From Cellvibrionales bacterium (GTDB lineage: Bacteria > Pseudomonadota > Gammaproteobacteria > Pseudomonadales > UBA7239), in NCBI GenBank assembly GCA_043769275.1, contig JAYVJM010000007.1:1-56001 (forward strand): a stretch of 56,001 nt of DNA. The letters run 5' to 3'. Made by a program: the position numbers and the translations under genes. Below are positions 1-10,618 of the stretch, piece by piece (the stretch's first letter is position 1; every line of letters starts with the position of its first letter). The notes beneath the pieces were generated by a model. It saw only the letters and a program-made list of their open reading frames with translations, did not search any database and was not told where the DNA came from.

Positions 1-135
1 ATAAAAGGCCAAAAGCCGCCTTTTACCCACAACCCCACCGCCTCAACAATAGTAACAACACACCAAACGCTGTAGCTAGATTAGGCGTGTTCATAATTCA
101 GACGATAACGTTGGCAGTTGCCTGAAGGTTTGGTG

Positions 136-228
136 TCAAGAATTGACAGCACATGTCAGTTTGCCTTTTTTCGCCAACTGCGCCCGCTTGTGTTTTTGTA
201 AAGAGATAACGGTTTTGCTGTCGCTCAT
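136..228 (-). CDS. Small basic ORF (30 aa, MSDSKTVISLQKHKRAQLAKKGKLTCAVNS), possibly a truncated small protein
   Basis: ATG at 228 overlaps the folK stop (ATGA), the typical translational-coupling arrangement; stop at 136-138. Confidence 0.35.
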   Translation of the reverse strand: MSDSKTVISLQKHKRAQLAKKGKLTCAVNS

Positions 229-752
229 CGCGTTAGCGCCTCGCCCAATACACCATCGCGCCAAACAAAAGCCACAGGCCACAAAGTGTGCTGGGTTTTG
301 TCGCACGCCGCTTGCCACAATTGCGCATAACGCTCGCGCAATACAGGGTGCTGATGCTGTGGAACAAGCTCTGCCAGTGGCCGCAGCACAAACGCATGTT
401 GAAGCAGATCAGGGTGCGGCAGCATGATGCAGTCCAGCTCGCCACAGAGCTCACCGTAGAGCAGAATATCAATATCCAGCGCACAGATATGCGCCTGTGT
501 TTGCTCGCGCACGCGGCCATTGTCATGTTCAATGGCGCGCAGCACGGCACGCAAATCCAGCACAGTCAGCAAGCACTCAAAACCAACCACTAGATTCAAA
601 AAGTGTTCGCCATCATGCCCTACCGCCTCACTTTCGTAGACGGGGGAAATCGCCAGCGTACCAAAGCGAGCTTCCAGAGCATCCAGCGCACAACAAATGC
701 GCTGTTCGCGCTGGCTGTTACTACCAAGGCTCACATACACCTGCACGCTCAA
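225..752 (-). CDS. folK: 2-amino-4-hydroxy-6-hydroxymethyldihydropteridine pyrophosphokinase
   Basis: VYVSLGSN, FLNLVV, LDIDILLYG, LPHPDL..AFVLRPLAE motifs; TTG start at 752 overlaps the folB stop (ORF track extends to 785). Confidence 0.93.
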   Translation of the reverse strand: MSVQVYVSLGSNSQREQRICCALDALEARFGTLAISPVYESEAVGHDGEHFLNLVVGFECLLTVLDLRAVLRAIEHDNGRVREQTQAHICALDIDILLYGELCGELDCIMLPHPDLLQHAFVLRPLAELVPQHQHPVLRERYAQLWQAACDKTQHTLWPVAFVWRDGVLGEALTR

Positions 753-1138
753 AGTCTCGCGCCTCTGGCTGCCAAAACTCCACACGCGCGGTGGCCGCGC
801 TCAATGAGCAAACCCACATCCTGCGCGCACGGCAAGGCGTAAGGTTTGCTTATGCGCAAGCGCAACCACGGCACGGCGAACTCCGTTAAAACCAGCGTGG
901 CGAGTGCTTCCGCCAACCGTTCCAGTAAATAAAAATCACTGGCCGCAACAAATGCAATCACACGATCCGATAGCGTTTTGTAATCCAGCACGTGTGCGAT
1001 ATCGTCGCTTTGTGCCGCAGCCTGTATGTCAAACGCCATATCCAGATCAAGGCTGACCGTCTGTTTGACTTCGCGTTCCCAGTCAAAAATACCGATGCGT
1101 GTTTCGATGCGTAGATCGCGGATATAAACGATATCCAT
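749..1138 (-). CDS. folB: Dihydroneopterin aldolase
   Basis: MDIVYIRDLRIETRIGIFDWER, LDYK, LLERLAE, RISKP..DVGLLIERG. Confidence 0.96.
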   Translation of the reverse strand: MDIVYIRDLRIETRIGIFDWEREVKQTVSLDLDMAFDIQAAAQSDDIAHVLDYKTLSDRVIAFVAASDFYLLERLAEALATLVLTEFAVPWLRLRISKPYALPCAQDVGLLIERGHRACGVLAARGARL

Positions 1139-1156
1139 CTGAACCCCTAGGTTTTT

Positions 1157-2182
1157 TCAAAGCGGGGGCAAAGTATCCATTGCCCAGCGCGGAAAAGCAT
1201 CAATAGCCATGTCCTGCTGCTGACCCGCCAACAGACGCTGGCAGCCTGCGTAGGCAATCATGGCGCCGTTATCGGTACAAAAGGCGGGGCGCGCATAAAA
1301 CACCTCTGCCGCTCCAGCCAACGCGGCTTGCAATTTTTCACGCAAGCGACGGTTTGCACTGACGCCGCCCGCGATCACTAAACGCTGCAAACCTGTTTGG
1401 CGCAATGCGCGCTGGCATTTAATCAGCAAGGTATCTACCACCGCTTCCTCGAACGCCCGCGCAATATCGGCGCAGGTTTGTGGGCAGGGTAACGGCGAAT
1501 CGCCGCGCTCGCGCTGGATAGTCGTCATAGCAAAGGTTTTGAGACCACTGAAACTGAAATCAAGCCCTGGCCGCTCCGTCATCGGGCGCGGAAAAACAAA
1601 ACGCCCCGCCACGCCGCTTTCGGCCAATTTGGCAATTTGCGGGCCGCCTGGGTAATCCAAGTCAAGCAATTTAGCGGTTTTGTCAAAGGCTTCACCGGCG
1701 GCATCATCCAGCGATTCCCCTAGCAGCTTGTACTGCCCGATTCCCTCAACCGCAATCAACTGCGTGTGGCCACCCGATACCAGCAGCGCGACAAAAGGAA
1801 AAGCCGGTGCCGGATTTTCCAGCATCGGCACCAGCAAATGCCCTTCCATATGGTGCACACCAATGGCGGGCTTTCCCAATGCCCACGCAAGGCTGCGGCC
1901 GAAGGTAGCGCCCACTAACAGCGCGCCGAGCAAGCCAGGCCCTGCAGTATATGCAATGCCATCAAGCGCGGTTTTGTCGCACTGGGCTTGCGCCAGCACC
2001 TGCTCTACTAACGGCAACACACGACGCACATGGTCGCGTGAAGCCAGCTCCGGCACCACCCCGCCATACTCGCTGTGCAGTGCCACTTGGCTGTGCAGCG
2101 CCTCGGCCAGCAGGCCGCGCTCGCTGTCGTAAAGGGCAACACCGGTTTCATCGCAGGAGGTTTCTAAACCGAGTACAAGCAT
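1157..2182 (-). CDS. tsaD: tRNA N6-adenosine threonylcarbamoyltransferase
   Basis: [59 protein letters not shown]; start placed at MLVLG. Confidence 0.98.
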   Translation of the reverse strand: MLVLGLETSCDETGVALYDSERGLLAEALHSQVALHSEYGGVVPELASRDHVRRVLPLVEQVLAQAQCDKTALDGIAYTAGPGLLGALLVGATFGRSLAWALGKPAIGVHHMEGHLLVPMLENPAPAFPFVALLVSGGHTQLIAVEGIGQYKLLGESLDDAAGEAFDKTAKLLDLDYPGGPQIAKLAESGVAGRFVFPRPMTERPGLDFSFSGLKTFAMTTIQRERGDSPLPCPQTCADIARAFEEAVVDTLLIKCQRALRQTGLQRLVIAGGVSANRRLREKLQAALAGAAEVFYARPAFCTDNGAMIAYAGCQRLLAGQQQDMAIDAFPRWAMDTLPPL

Positions 2183-2289
2183 GCTGTTCTTCATCAATAT
2201 CGGAAAATGGATCGAGGTTGCGGCCAAGTGAACTATAAACAGCACATGCCGTCCAAATTCTATTGTAAGCAATAGATGCTCGCCTAAAA

Positions 2290-2670
2290 ATGAAAACGCT
2301 CTTAATCAGCGCCCATGTTTTTAATGGCAAAGACCACGATATTCGCCGCAGTCAGTTCATTTTGATTAACCAAAACATCATTGAATAAATGGGCGACATG
2401 AGCGGCGCGCCGAGTGACCTCGGATGTCAGATCATCGACCTCAAAGGTCAGTATGTCATGCCCGGGCTGATTGATGCACACGTCCACGTCATGGCCGCCC
2501 AAGTGAATCTGCAAGATGAGGCGCTGCCAGACAGTTACGCGCATATCCGAGCTGCACGTATCCGAGCCGCACGCACGATGGAGAGCATGTTACAGCGCGG
2601 CTTTACGTCTATCAGGGATGCGGGGGGGTACCGATTTCGGCCTAAAAATGGCGCACAACAGAAAATAATG
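2290..2670 (+). pseudogene. Remnant of a metal-dependent amidohydrolase (N-terminal part only)
   Basis: [13 protein letters not shown]...IIE, then in-frame TAA (2386-2388), then IDLKGQYVMPGLIDAHVH (HxH motif) and GFTSIRDAGG; removing one G from the G7 run at 2622-2628 restores ..AGGTDFGLKMA; the rest of the gene is absent. Confidence 0.85.
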
Positions 2671-2794
2671 CTGCTGCTTCCGTCTTGCCGTTACCCTTTT
2701 TGATATGCAACAACACGCGTTTTTTAAGGTCTTGACTGTAGCTCATGCAATTAATGTATGCCTGTCTTGTTGTTTGTGCGATTAGCTATAGATA

Positions 2795-3238
2795 TTATTT
2801 TGGTGGGCATTCGCTGGCTATATAGTTTTTTAGCTCTTTTGTTTTTGCGTATTTCTCTTCAGGGCTCATTATGAAGTTGCTGCCATCTTTATTTTTCATT
2901 CGCACACGTGCTCGCTCGTTGAGGGTTTGGAGCTGCGACTGAGCTTTCTTGCATTCTCTATCTTGGGCGGCCGCAAGTTTTTTCTCTGTTGTTTTGATCT
3001 TTTCTATTTCACTTTCATCTTTTCGGCTTTCGTCTGCTTTAGCATTGGCTTTGCTTGGGTCATAAATGCTTGAGCTGCCCGCATGAGTGCTGACGGTTTT
3101 GGTGGCGCGATCTTTGGGTTGCTCTAGGGTGAAGTGGGTTGCCCCTTTATCGTCGACCCATTTGTAGTAGTTTTTTGCAGAAACATTAACGGCAGTAAAT
3201 AAGGCTAAAAGGCAAATAGTTAATGTTATTTTCTTCAT
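2795..3238 (-). CDS. DUF4124-domain exported protein
   Basis: Signal peptide then YKWVDDKGATHFT, coiled coil with a C-terminal Cys pair; AGGAG RBS. Confidence 0.85.
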   Translation of the reverse strand: MKKITLTICLLALFTAVNVSAKNYYKWVDDKGATHFTLEQPKDRATKTVSTHAGSSSIYDPSKANAKADESRKDESEIEKIKTTEKKLAAAQDRECKKAQSQLQTLNERARVRMKNKDGSNFIMSPEEKYAKTKELKNYIASECPPK

Positions 3239-3378
3239 GATTTGCTCCTGCGGTTAGCGGTGATAATAGCTACTGATTATAGAGTAAACGCCCATATTTG
3301 AAGTGGATGGATAAAAGTGAGAAAACATGTGCCTTTTTCTCAGTCAGGTCACGTTATTATGCCGGTGCTTTTAGTTGA

Positions 3379-3996
<618 letters not shown>

Positions 3997-4042
3997 CTGA
4001 ACTAAGCAAAATAGCAAAATAAATAACAGAGGATAAAAAAGC

Positions 4043-4390
4043 ATGAGCAAATCAAAACGCGCTGTGTGGGCTTGGCGCGTGACGCTGTTGCTTTACCTAG
4101 GCCTGATAACAGGGCTTTCGCTGGATCATCTTCTTATGCGCGATGATTGGCATTGGGTTTTGTGGCTAACGCAAACGCTGCCGTTATTGCTTGTGCTGCC
4201 CGGGCTTGTTAAAAAGCAAGCCCGCAGTGGCATCTGGCTATGTTTTATGCTGATGTTCTATTTTTTGTTACTGGTAGATGACTTTTTCACAGGAAAAAGC
4301 CGTGCTGTTTATGCAGCCTTGCTGTTCATTACCGTTGGATTATTTGTGGCTTCCATGTTGTTTGCTCGTTGGCAAGTGCGTGGTGTTTAG
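4043..4390 (+). CDS. DUF2069 membrane protein
   Basis: Four hydrophobic helices, LPLLLVLPGL...WLCF; usual position after wrbA. Confidence 0.8.
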   Translation: MSKSKRAVWAWRVTLLLYLGLITGLSLDHLLMRDDWHWVLWLTQTLPLLLVLPGLVKKQARSGIWLCFMLMFYFLLLVDDFFTGKSRAVYAALLFITVGLFVASMLFARWQVRGV

Positions 4391-4421
4391 CGTGTTTTTT
4401 TCTCGTTGAAGATTAAATCTT

Positions 4422-6245
4422 ATGAAACGTTTTTTTTTCCTATTTTGGCAGGTGCTGACGTACCTACGTGGTGTTTTTGCCAATCTGCTAACGCTACTCA
4501 TCGTTGTTTTTTTACTTTATGGGATTCTTGGTCATGAAGATGAGATTACTATCCCGAAAGAGGCTGTGCTGTACGTTGATCCAGAAATGATCGTCGAGCA
4601 GCGCAGTAGTTTTGTTAACCCGCTTGAGCGTTTCACCTCTGGAATGCCCAGCGAAACGGTGTTACGCGAATTGATTTCAGCGATTCAAAGTGCTGCAAAT
4701 GACGATCATATTAAAGCGATGGTCATCAATATCGACAAGTTAGGCGGCAATGATCTGGCCAAACTAGACAGCGTTGCACAAGCTATCTCGACCTTTAAAA
4801 AAAGTAAAAAACCGGTCATTGCCATAGGGGATAATTTCAGCCAAGGCCAGTATTTTATTGCAAGCCAAGCCGACAAGATTTATCTCAACCCGATGGGTAG
4901 TGTACACATTTCTGGATTTTCAGCTTATCAAAACTACGCAAAAGAGTTATTGGATAAGCTGGCTATTAAGGTGCATATATTTCGAGCAGGCGAATTTAAA
5001 TCATTTATTGAGCCTTTTGTGCGCAATGATATGTCTGTTGCCGCGCGTGAAAACCTGCAACAGTGGATGGATCAGCAGTGGGCGCATTACGCAAAAACTG
5101 TAGAGAAAAACCGAAAACTCCCAGTAGGCGCTGTAAACAACTACGTGAGTACACAAAATACGCTACTGGCTAAACATGCCAATAATGCTGCGGCAATGGC
5201 AAAAACCTATGGCCTAGTTGATGGTCTTGCTACGCGCGTAGAAGCTAAAGCGCTGGTTGATGCCTTGGTCGCTAAAGCACCGGCCGCAATGGTGGATATT
5301 GATCTTTACTCCCAGCATCTTGAGAACAAGAAAAGCACCTTTAGCATCTTGAAGGATAGACAGCGTATCGCAGTTATTTACGCAGCTGGCGACATTGTAG
5401 AGGGCGACCAGCCTGCCGGTGGAGTCGCCAGTTCAGAAGTCCTTATTGGGCAAATACATTCAGTCAATAAAGATGAACAGGTTGCGGCTGTTGTGTTACG
5501 CATTGACAGCCCAGGTGGCAGCGCATTTGCTTCTGAGCTCATTCGCACGGAACTGGTGGCTCTGCAAGCATCAGGCAAGCCTTTAGTGGTTTCTATGGGC
5601 GGCGTTGCGGCTTCTGGTGGCTACTGGATCGCCGCCAGCGCGGATGAAATTTGGGCGCAGCCGAGCACCATCACAGGCTCTATAGGCGTATTCGGCATTA
5701 TTCCAACCCTAGAAAAAACCCTCTCGAATCTAGGTGTGCACAGTGATGGCTACAGCACAGTTGCACCGAATGACTCCGTGCAGCTTGACCGCCCACTAAG
5801 CCCAATGGCCGCGCAGGTGATGCAACAAGGCGTCGATTTTACCTATGCGGAATTTTTGCGCGTCGTGTCTGCAGGGCGTAAAAGTACGCCCGCTGAAATT
5901 AACCGCATTGCACAGGGTCGCGTATGGACGGGCACGCAAGCACATGCGCTGCATCTTGTTGATCGATTAGGTGATTTGGATGCTGCCATTCTTTCAGCCG
6001 CACACCTGGCCAAGCTCACGGATTATAAAGTTGACTATATAGAGCCGACCATGAGCCAGTGGGAAATACTTTTACAAGGCTTCACGACGCAAACCCAACT
6101 CGGGCTTAAAAAGTTTTTGGGTAGCCAGCTTACTCAAATTATGAGTGCTCTAGCACCGCTCCCTGTACTTTCACACATACAAAGTATGAATGACCCCAAC
6201 CATGTTTATGTGCGCTGTTGGGAGTGCAGTGCGCCACTGCGCTAG
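4422..6245 (+). CDS. sppA: Signal peptide peptidase SppA (67K type)
   Basis: N-terminal anchor, GEFKS (Lys), LRIDSPGGSAFASE, VSMGGVAASGGYWIA (Ser), ITGSIGVFG, AQGRVWTG. Confidence 0.96.
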   Translation: MKRFFFLFWQVLTYLRGVFANLLTLLIVVFLLYGILGHEDEITIPKEAVLYVDPEMIVEQRSSFVNPLERFTSGMPSETVLRELISAIQSAANDDHIKAMVINIDKLGGNDLAKLDSVAQAISTFKKSKKPVIAIGDNFSQGQYFIASQADKIYLNPMGSVHISGFSAYQNYAKELLDKLAIKVHIFRAGEFKSFIEPFVRNDMSVAARENLQQWMDQQWAHYAKTVEKNRKLPVGAVNNYVSTQNTLLAKHANNAAAMAKTYGLVDGLATRVEAKALVDALVAKAPAAMVDIDLYSQHLENKKSTFSILKDRQRIAVIYAAGDIVEGDQPAGGVASSEVLIGQIHSVNKDEQVAAVVLRIDSPGGSAFASELIRTELVALQASGKPLVVSMGGVAASGGYWIAASADEIWAQPSTITGSIGVFGIIPTLEKTLSNLGVHSDGYSTVAPNDSVQLDRPLSPMAAQVMQQGVDFTYAEFLRVVSAGRKSTPAEINRIAQGRVWTGTQAHALHLVDRLGDLDAAILSAAHLAKLTDYKVDYIEPTMSQWEILLQGFTTQTQLGLKKFLGSQLTQIMSALAPLPVLSHIQSMNDPNHVYVRCWECSAPLR

Positions 6246-6316
6246 TTTACCAACAGGGAATTATTGTGATGAGTGATTGTCTACAGTTCTCCATTAGCCG
6301 AAACTTGGAGTTACTT

Positions 6317-7183
6317 ATGCAATTATTTGCATCTCTCAAGACCCTTTTGGGGACGATTTTTTTGCTGTCGACTTTTACCATATATGCTGGGCCCACTCAC
6401 TATTGGATCGATAATACGCACGTATCACCTAACCAAGATGCGCGCGTTAGGCTACTGGTGCTTGGCACAACGGAAACAAAAAGCACGCAAGAGGCTTTAG
6501 ATATATTTATGAATCCTAGCTTGGAAAGAAGCGTTCATTACTTAGTTTCAGATACGCCAGACCCTCAGCACGGTGATGTGGTTGCGGTTTATCCGCTTGT
6601 TCCAGAAGCTGAGTGCGCTTGGAGCAGCGGTGTTAGTTGCGCTGGCAGCAGAAGGAATGTCAACCCCAGTGCCATAGGTGTTTGGAGCCAGCACCAGAGT
6701 TTTGAGACTGGAACAGGTGCTTTAAAGAAAACGGCAAAACCATGGCCAGATGAGCAAGTCGCCGCCTTGGCGGAATTGGCTAACAACATTACCCAAGGAG
6801 CAAAAATCTCGCCTAGGTGGGTCTGGAGCTATTCTGAGGTTAAAGCAATGACGGATGGCTTTGCGCAGGTCATTCTTCCATGGGAGAAGCTGCATAAAGA
6901 ATATGGTATTGGTGCTTGGCCGAAGGAAGAAGACGTGCAACGCTACCAAGCTGAACAAGCAATAACGCGCACGGATACGACGGAAGGCATCAAAACACTT
7001 CAGCAAAAATTGCGCAAGTGGGGTTACACCGGTGTAACGGTCAATGGTGAGATGGATAAAATGACAAAAAATGCAATTATCGCCTTTCAGTTGCACTATC
7101 GGCAGAGCAATTTTGATGGTGTGCCAGACCCTGAAACAATAGCTATTCTGTATTCGCTGCTAGAACAACATCCAAACCAATAA
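6317..7183 (+). CDS. AmiD-like Amidase_2 plus peptidoglycan-binding-domain protein, catalytic residues degenerate
   Basis: Colinear with AmiD (RVRLLVL, SVHYLV, LVPE..AW..GVS, PWEKL..GIGAWP, WGY, IAFQLHYR..DG.PD.ET.AIL..LL); GGAG RBS before ATG 6317; hydrophobic N-terminus. Confidence 0.85.
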   Translation: MQLFASLKTLLGTIFLLSTFTIYAGPTHYWIDNTHVSPNQDARVRLLVLGTTETKSTQEALDIFMNPSLERSVHYLVSDTPDPQHGDVVAVYPLVPEAECAWSSGVSCAGSRRNVNPSAIGVWSQHQSFETGTGALKKTAKPWPDEQVAALAELANNITQGAKISPRWVWSYSEVKAMTDGFAQVILPWEKLHKEYGIGAWPKEEDVQRYQAEQAITRTDTTEGIKTLQQKLRKWGYTGVTVNGEMDKMTKNAIIAFQLHYRQSNFDGVPDPETIAILYSLLEQHPNQ

Positions 7184-7197
7184 GGGGTGGCACGGGC

Positions 7198-7232
7198 TCC
7201 TCTCTTGCTGCGATTGCCAGCACAAGAGAGGA
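7198..7232. terminator. Hairpin between convergent genes
   Basis: TCCTCTCTTG-CTG...CAG-CA-CAAGAGAGGA inverted repeat. Confidence 0.6.
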
Positions 7233-7246
7233 ATGTCTGTTCGGCT

Positions 7247-7726
7247 CTAGCCAGAAGAAACAGCAGCATGGTTGCCGTGTCTATAAATGACTTCTAAGGG
7301 TAAATTTCGCCCAGCACGGTAATCATCAATTACCTGCAAAACCAGTGGGCTGCGCAACTCGCCCGCCTGCTGCTTTTCGCAGATAGTGGCGTAATCTAGC
7401 CATACCGCCGCATGTATGCCCTCATCCAAAGGCATGTTGAGCCGCTCAAGTGCCTGCCCAACGAATGCCACACGTAAATACGTAAAGCCGTTGCTGGGCG
7501 CAACATAACTGTAAAGCCCCAGCCAATAGCGCAACTCAACGCGCCACGCTGTTTCTTCTTGTGCCTCGCGTATGGCGGCATCTAATAGGCTTTCGCCTTC
7601 ATCCCAATGGCCGGCGGGCTGGTTATAGACCATTCGGCCTCGGTCTTTATCCCATTCATGCACCAGCAAAAACAGGCTGTTTTCTTCAACAACAGTAGCA
7701 ACGGTAACGTGTGGAACCCAGTTCAT
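7247..7726 (-). CDS. nudJ: NUDIX hydrolase, NudJ-like
   Basis: PHVTVATVVE, NQPAGHWDEGESLLDAAIREAQEET Nudix box, TYLRVAF, LRSPLV. Confidence 0.85.
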   Translation of the reverse strand: MNWVPHVTVATVVEENSLFLLVHEWDKDRGRMVYNQPAGHWDEGESLLDAAIREAQEETAWRVELRYWLGLYSYVAPSNGFTYLRVAFVGQALERLNMPLDEGIHAAVWLDYATICEKQQAGELRSPLVLQVIDDYRAGRNLPLEVIYRHGNHAAVSSG

Positions 7727-7767
7727 GCAGCCTCCTGTTGAGACTCAAAATTATTGAATTTGAGCCA

Positions 7768-9264
7768 TCAAACCCTGTACTGTGCCAAAAAATTTGCGTC
7801 AAAGTGTTGTTCTAGGCTATCCGCCAGTCGGTTTAAGTCAGCTTCTTGTTGCGCATGGTAGTCAAAGTGTTCGATATCAGCCAAGCCTGCCCACTTTAGC
7901 AAATGCTGTAAAGACTGCGGATCGTCAAATAAGCCATGCACATAACAGCCGAGTATTTGGCCGTCCTCAGAGGCCGCCCCATCGTGGTGATCGCCCAGAT
8001 CAAGCATCGGTTTTTCCAGTGCCGTGCCGCTTGTCGCGCCACAATGAATTTCGTAGCCAGACACACGCACATCGCCACTTCCCGCACAGAAAACACCTTC
8101 CACGCGCAACAGCTTTTTCTCTTGTTCCAGAGTGGTGTGCATGTCAAACAATCCCAAACCTTGAAGTGTGCCGGCTTCGCCTTCAAGTCCGTATGGGTCC
8201 GCAATGGTTTTACCCAGCATTTGAAATCCGCCACAAATGCCAATAAGTTTTCCACCGTAACGCAGGTGCTTTTGCAGCGCGATATGCCAATCTTGCTTGC
8301 GTAAAAAATCCAGATCACCGCGCACACTTTTGCTGCCAGGTAAAATGATTAAATCCGCCACAGGCATTTTTTCACCCATGCGTACGAAGGTTAGATCAAC
8401 TTGCGGATGCAGGCGTAGCGCGTCAAAGTCGGTGTGATTGCTGATACGTGGCAGAACAGGAACTGCCACACGTAAACGCTCATCGCTGTGTTTTTTTACT
8501 TGCTCTGCGCTGATGGAGTCTTCTGATTCTAGGTGCAAGCCGTGCAAATAGGGCAGTACCGCCAGCACTTTCTTGCCTGTACGCTGTTCTAGCCAGTCTA
8601 TGCCAGACCTTAAAAGGCTCTCATCGCCACGAAATTTATTGATAACAAAACCCACTACACGCTGTTGTTCCGAGCGGCTGAGCAATTCTAGCGTGCCATA
8701 CAAATGCGCAAATACGCCACCGCGATCAATGTCCGCTACGATAATAACGGGACAATCAACCGCTTCGGCAAAGCCCATATTGGCTACATCACGGTCACGC
8801 AAATTAATTTCAGCGGGGCTTCCGGCACCTTCCACAATAATCAGTGCATATTGCTGCTGTAAGCGCTGAAAAGAGTCCAGCACGTAGCGCATGGCTTCGG
8901 TTTTATAGTTGTGATAAACCCGTGCGTCCATATTGCCGATGGCGCGACCGTGCACAATGATCTGCGCGCCTGTGTCGGTATTTGGCTTGAGTAATATAGG
9001 GTTCATGTCCGTATGCGGCGGAAGAAAACACGCCTGAGCCTGCACCGCCTGCGCACGACCGATCTCGCCGCCATTCACGGTTACCGCACTGTTCAGTGCC
9101 ATATTTTGCGGCTTGAACGGCGCAACTTTCATCCCGCGCCGAGCAAACAAACGACACAAGCCCGCCACCAGCGTGCTTTTGCCTGCATCGGATGTTGTAC
9201 CCTGAACCATCAGGCAGTTGCTGGCTTTAAATTGTGCCCGATCAATACAGTTTGAAGCTCGCAT
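7768..9264 (-). CDS. cobQ: Cobyric acid synthase
   Basis: [66 protein letters not shown]. Confidence 0.97.
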   Translation of the reverse strand: MRASNCIDRAQFKASNCLMVQGTTSDAGKSTLVAGLCRLFARRGMKVAPFKPQNMALNSAVTVNGGEIGRAQAVQAQACFLPPHTDMNPILLKPNTDTGAQIIVHGRAIGNMDARVYHNYKTEAMRYVLDSFQRLQQQYALIIVEGAGSPAEINLRDRDVANMGFAEAVDCPVIIVADIDRGGVFAHLYGTLELLSRSEQQRVVGFVINKFRGDESLLRSGIDWLEQRTGKKVLAVLPYLHGLHLESEDSISAEQVKKHSDERLRVAVPVLPRISNHTDFDALRLHPQVDLTFVRMGEKMPVADLIILPGSKSVRGDLDFLRKQDWHIALQKHLRYGGKLIGICGGFQMLGKTIADPYGLEGEAGTLQGLGLFDMHTTLEQEKKLLRVEGVFCAGSGDVRVSGYEIHCGATSGTALEKPMLDLGDHHDGAASEDGQILGCYVHGLFDDPQSLQHLLKWAGLADIEHFDYHAQQEADLNRLADSLEQHFDANFLAQYRV

Positions 9265-9740
9265 CAGTGTGCGGGTTCATTTGCCGCCTGCATTTGTTGC
9301 TTGTGTGTAAGAGCGTCTTGGTAGAGGGCATCAAAATTGATAGGTGGCAACATCAGTGGCGGTAAAGTGCCCCGCACCATCAGGCTGTCTATCACTTCGC
9401 GCGCGTAAGGAAACAAAATGTTTGGGCACGCAGCACCGACCACTTGTCTTTGCAGCTCGTCATTCATGCCTGTGATGAGAAAAATGCCGGCCTGCTGTAC
9501 CTCCACGACAAAAGCGGGCTGCTCCTTTATTTTTCCGCTTACTGTCAACGTCAATACCACTTCAAAGCGGTCATCACCCAGCGCGCTAGCGTTAGTGGCA
9601 ATTTCCTGATGCACGGATGGGCTCCACTCCTGATTGAATACCATAGCGCCCTGTGGTGATTCAAAAGACACGTCTTTGATATAAATACGCTGTAGGCCGA
9701 ATTGTGGTTCTTGTGTTTTTTCGCTGGTTTGATTTGACAT
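9264..9740 (-). CDS. secB: Protein-export chaperone SecB
   Basis: [40 protein letters not shown]. Confidence 0.97.
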   Translation of the reverse strand: MSNQTSEKTQEPQFGLQRIYIKDVSFESPQGAMVFNQEWSPSVHQEIATNASALGDDRFEVVLTLTVSGKIKEQPAFVVEVQQAGIFLITGMNDELQRQVVGAACPNILFPYAREVIDSLMVRGTLPPLMLPPINFDALYQDALTHKQQMQAANEPAH

Positions 9741-9768
9741 GCTTTGCTCCTATTAAAATATTGAGGGC

Positions 9769-10026
9769 TTACTGATCAGCGGCGAGCAGCGCATCTAATG
9801 TGCCTGCTTTTTCTAAGGCATACAGGTCGTCGCAACCACCGATATGCTGTTCGCCTATCCAGATTTGCGGCACGCTGCTGCGTCCAGCGCGCGCCGCCAT
9901 TTCGGCGCGTAGGTCGCGGCGGCCATCAACATTGATGTCTTGAATCGTGATATTTTTTTTGCGCAACAATGCCTTTGCACGAACACAATAGGGGCAGTAA
10001 CTGGATGAATACATCACTACAGCCAT
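9769..10026 (-). CDS. grxC: Glutaredoxin 3
   Basis: CPYC, SVPQIWIG..HIGGCDDLYAL; ATG 10026 preferred over GTG 10044. Confidence 0.96.
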   Translation of the reverse strand: MAVVMYSSSYCPYCVRAKALLRKKNITIQDINVDGRRDLRAEMAARAGRSSVPQIWIGEQHIGGCDDLYALEKAGTLDALLAADQ

Positions 10027-10062
10027 ATGCTTGTTATTCGTCACGTCACTTTATTTTCGGAA

Positions 10063-10476
10063 TCAATTTTTAACAAGCGGCAGCTTGCTCGCAATCCACT
10101 CACTCATGCCGCCATTCAAGCGCGCTACTTGAAAACCCGCCTGTTTAAGCGTGCGGCCTGTGCCAGCACTGTGTTGCCCCATCTTGTCGACCAATATAAA
10201 AGTGCGGCTTTTGTGCGCTTCTAGTTCGCTAAGTCGATCGGCTATTTTGGCAAAAGGAACATTGATCGCATCAATAATGTGGCCTTCCCGAAATTCTTTA
10301 GGTTCCCGCAAGTCCACGACTAAAGCGTTTTGGTTATTCACCAAAGCGGTGAGCTGATGTACTGAGATATTTACGCCTGCACGTTTGCCTTCCGTCCATA
10401 AAAACAACGCCACCATCACCAGCAATGCAGATACGAGCATCCATTGCTCAACAAGAAAATCTAAAAAATGCGTCAT
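10063..10476 (-). CDS. Rhodanese-like membrane protein (YibN-like)
   Basis: N-terminal TM helix, VDLRE..EF.EGHI.DAINVP, LNGGMSEW; conserved position before grxC-secB. Confidence 0.9.
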   Translation of the reverse strand: MTHFLDFLVEQWMLVSALLVMVALFLWTEGKRAGVNISVHQLTALVNNQNALVVDLREPKEFREGHIIDAINVPFAKIADRLSELEAHKSRTFILVDKMGQHSAGTGRTLKQAGFQVARLNGGMSEWIASKLPLVKN

Positions 10477-10582
10477 GAAAATCGCTCAAAAAGAGGGGGA
10501 AAACGGCAAAAACAAAGGGCATCAGTATACACGGCTGCACGCATAACAGAGCAATTCGATAATGAGTAGGCGAAAACGCCGC

Positions 10583-10588
10583 TATAAT
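10583..10588 (+). promoter_or_regulatory. Candidate -10 element (TATAAT) for prfC with GC-rich discriminator
   Basis: TATAAT followed by CGCCGCCC, 30 nt upstream of prfC. Confidence 0.5.
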
Positions 10589-10618
10589 CGCCGCCCATGT
10601 TAAAAGACCCGTTCTCCC

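Noticed and set aside
4005-4020. AGCAAAAT tandem repeat between wrbA and DUF2069
   Set aside because: Only two units; expected by chance in an AT-rich spacer.
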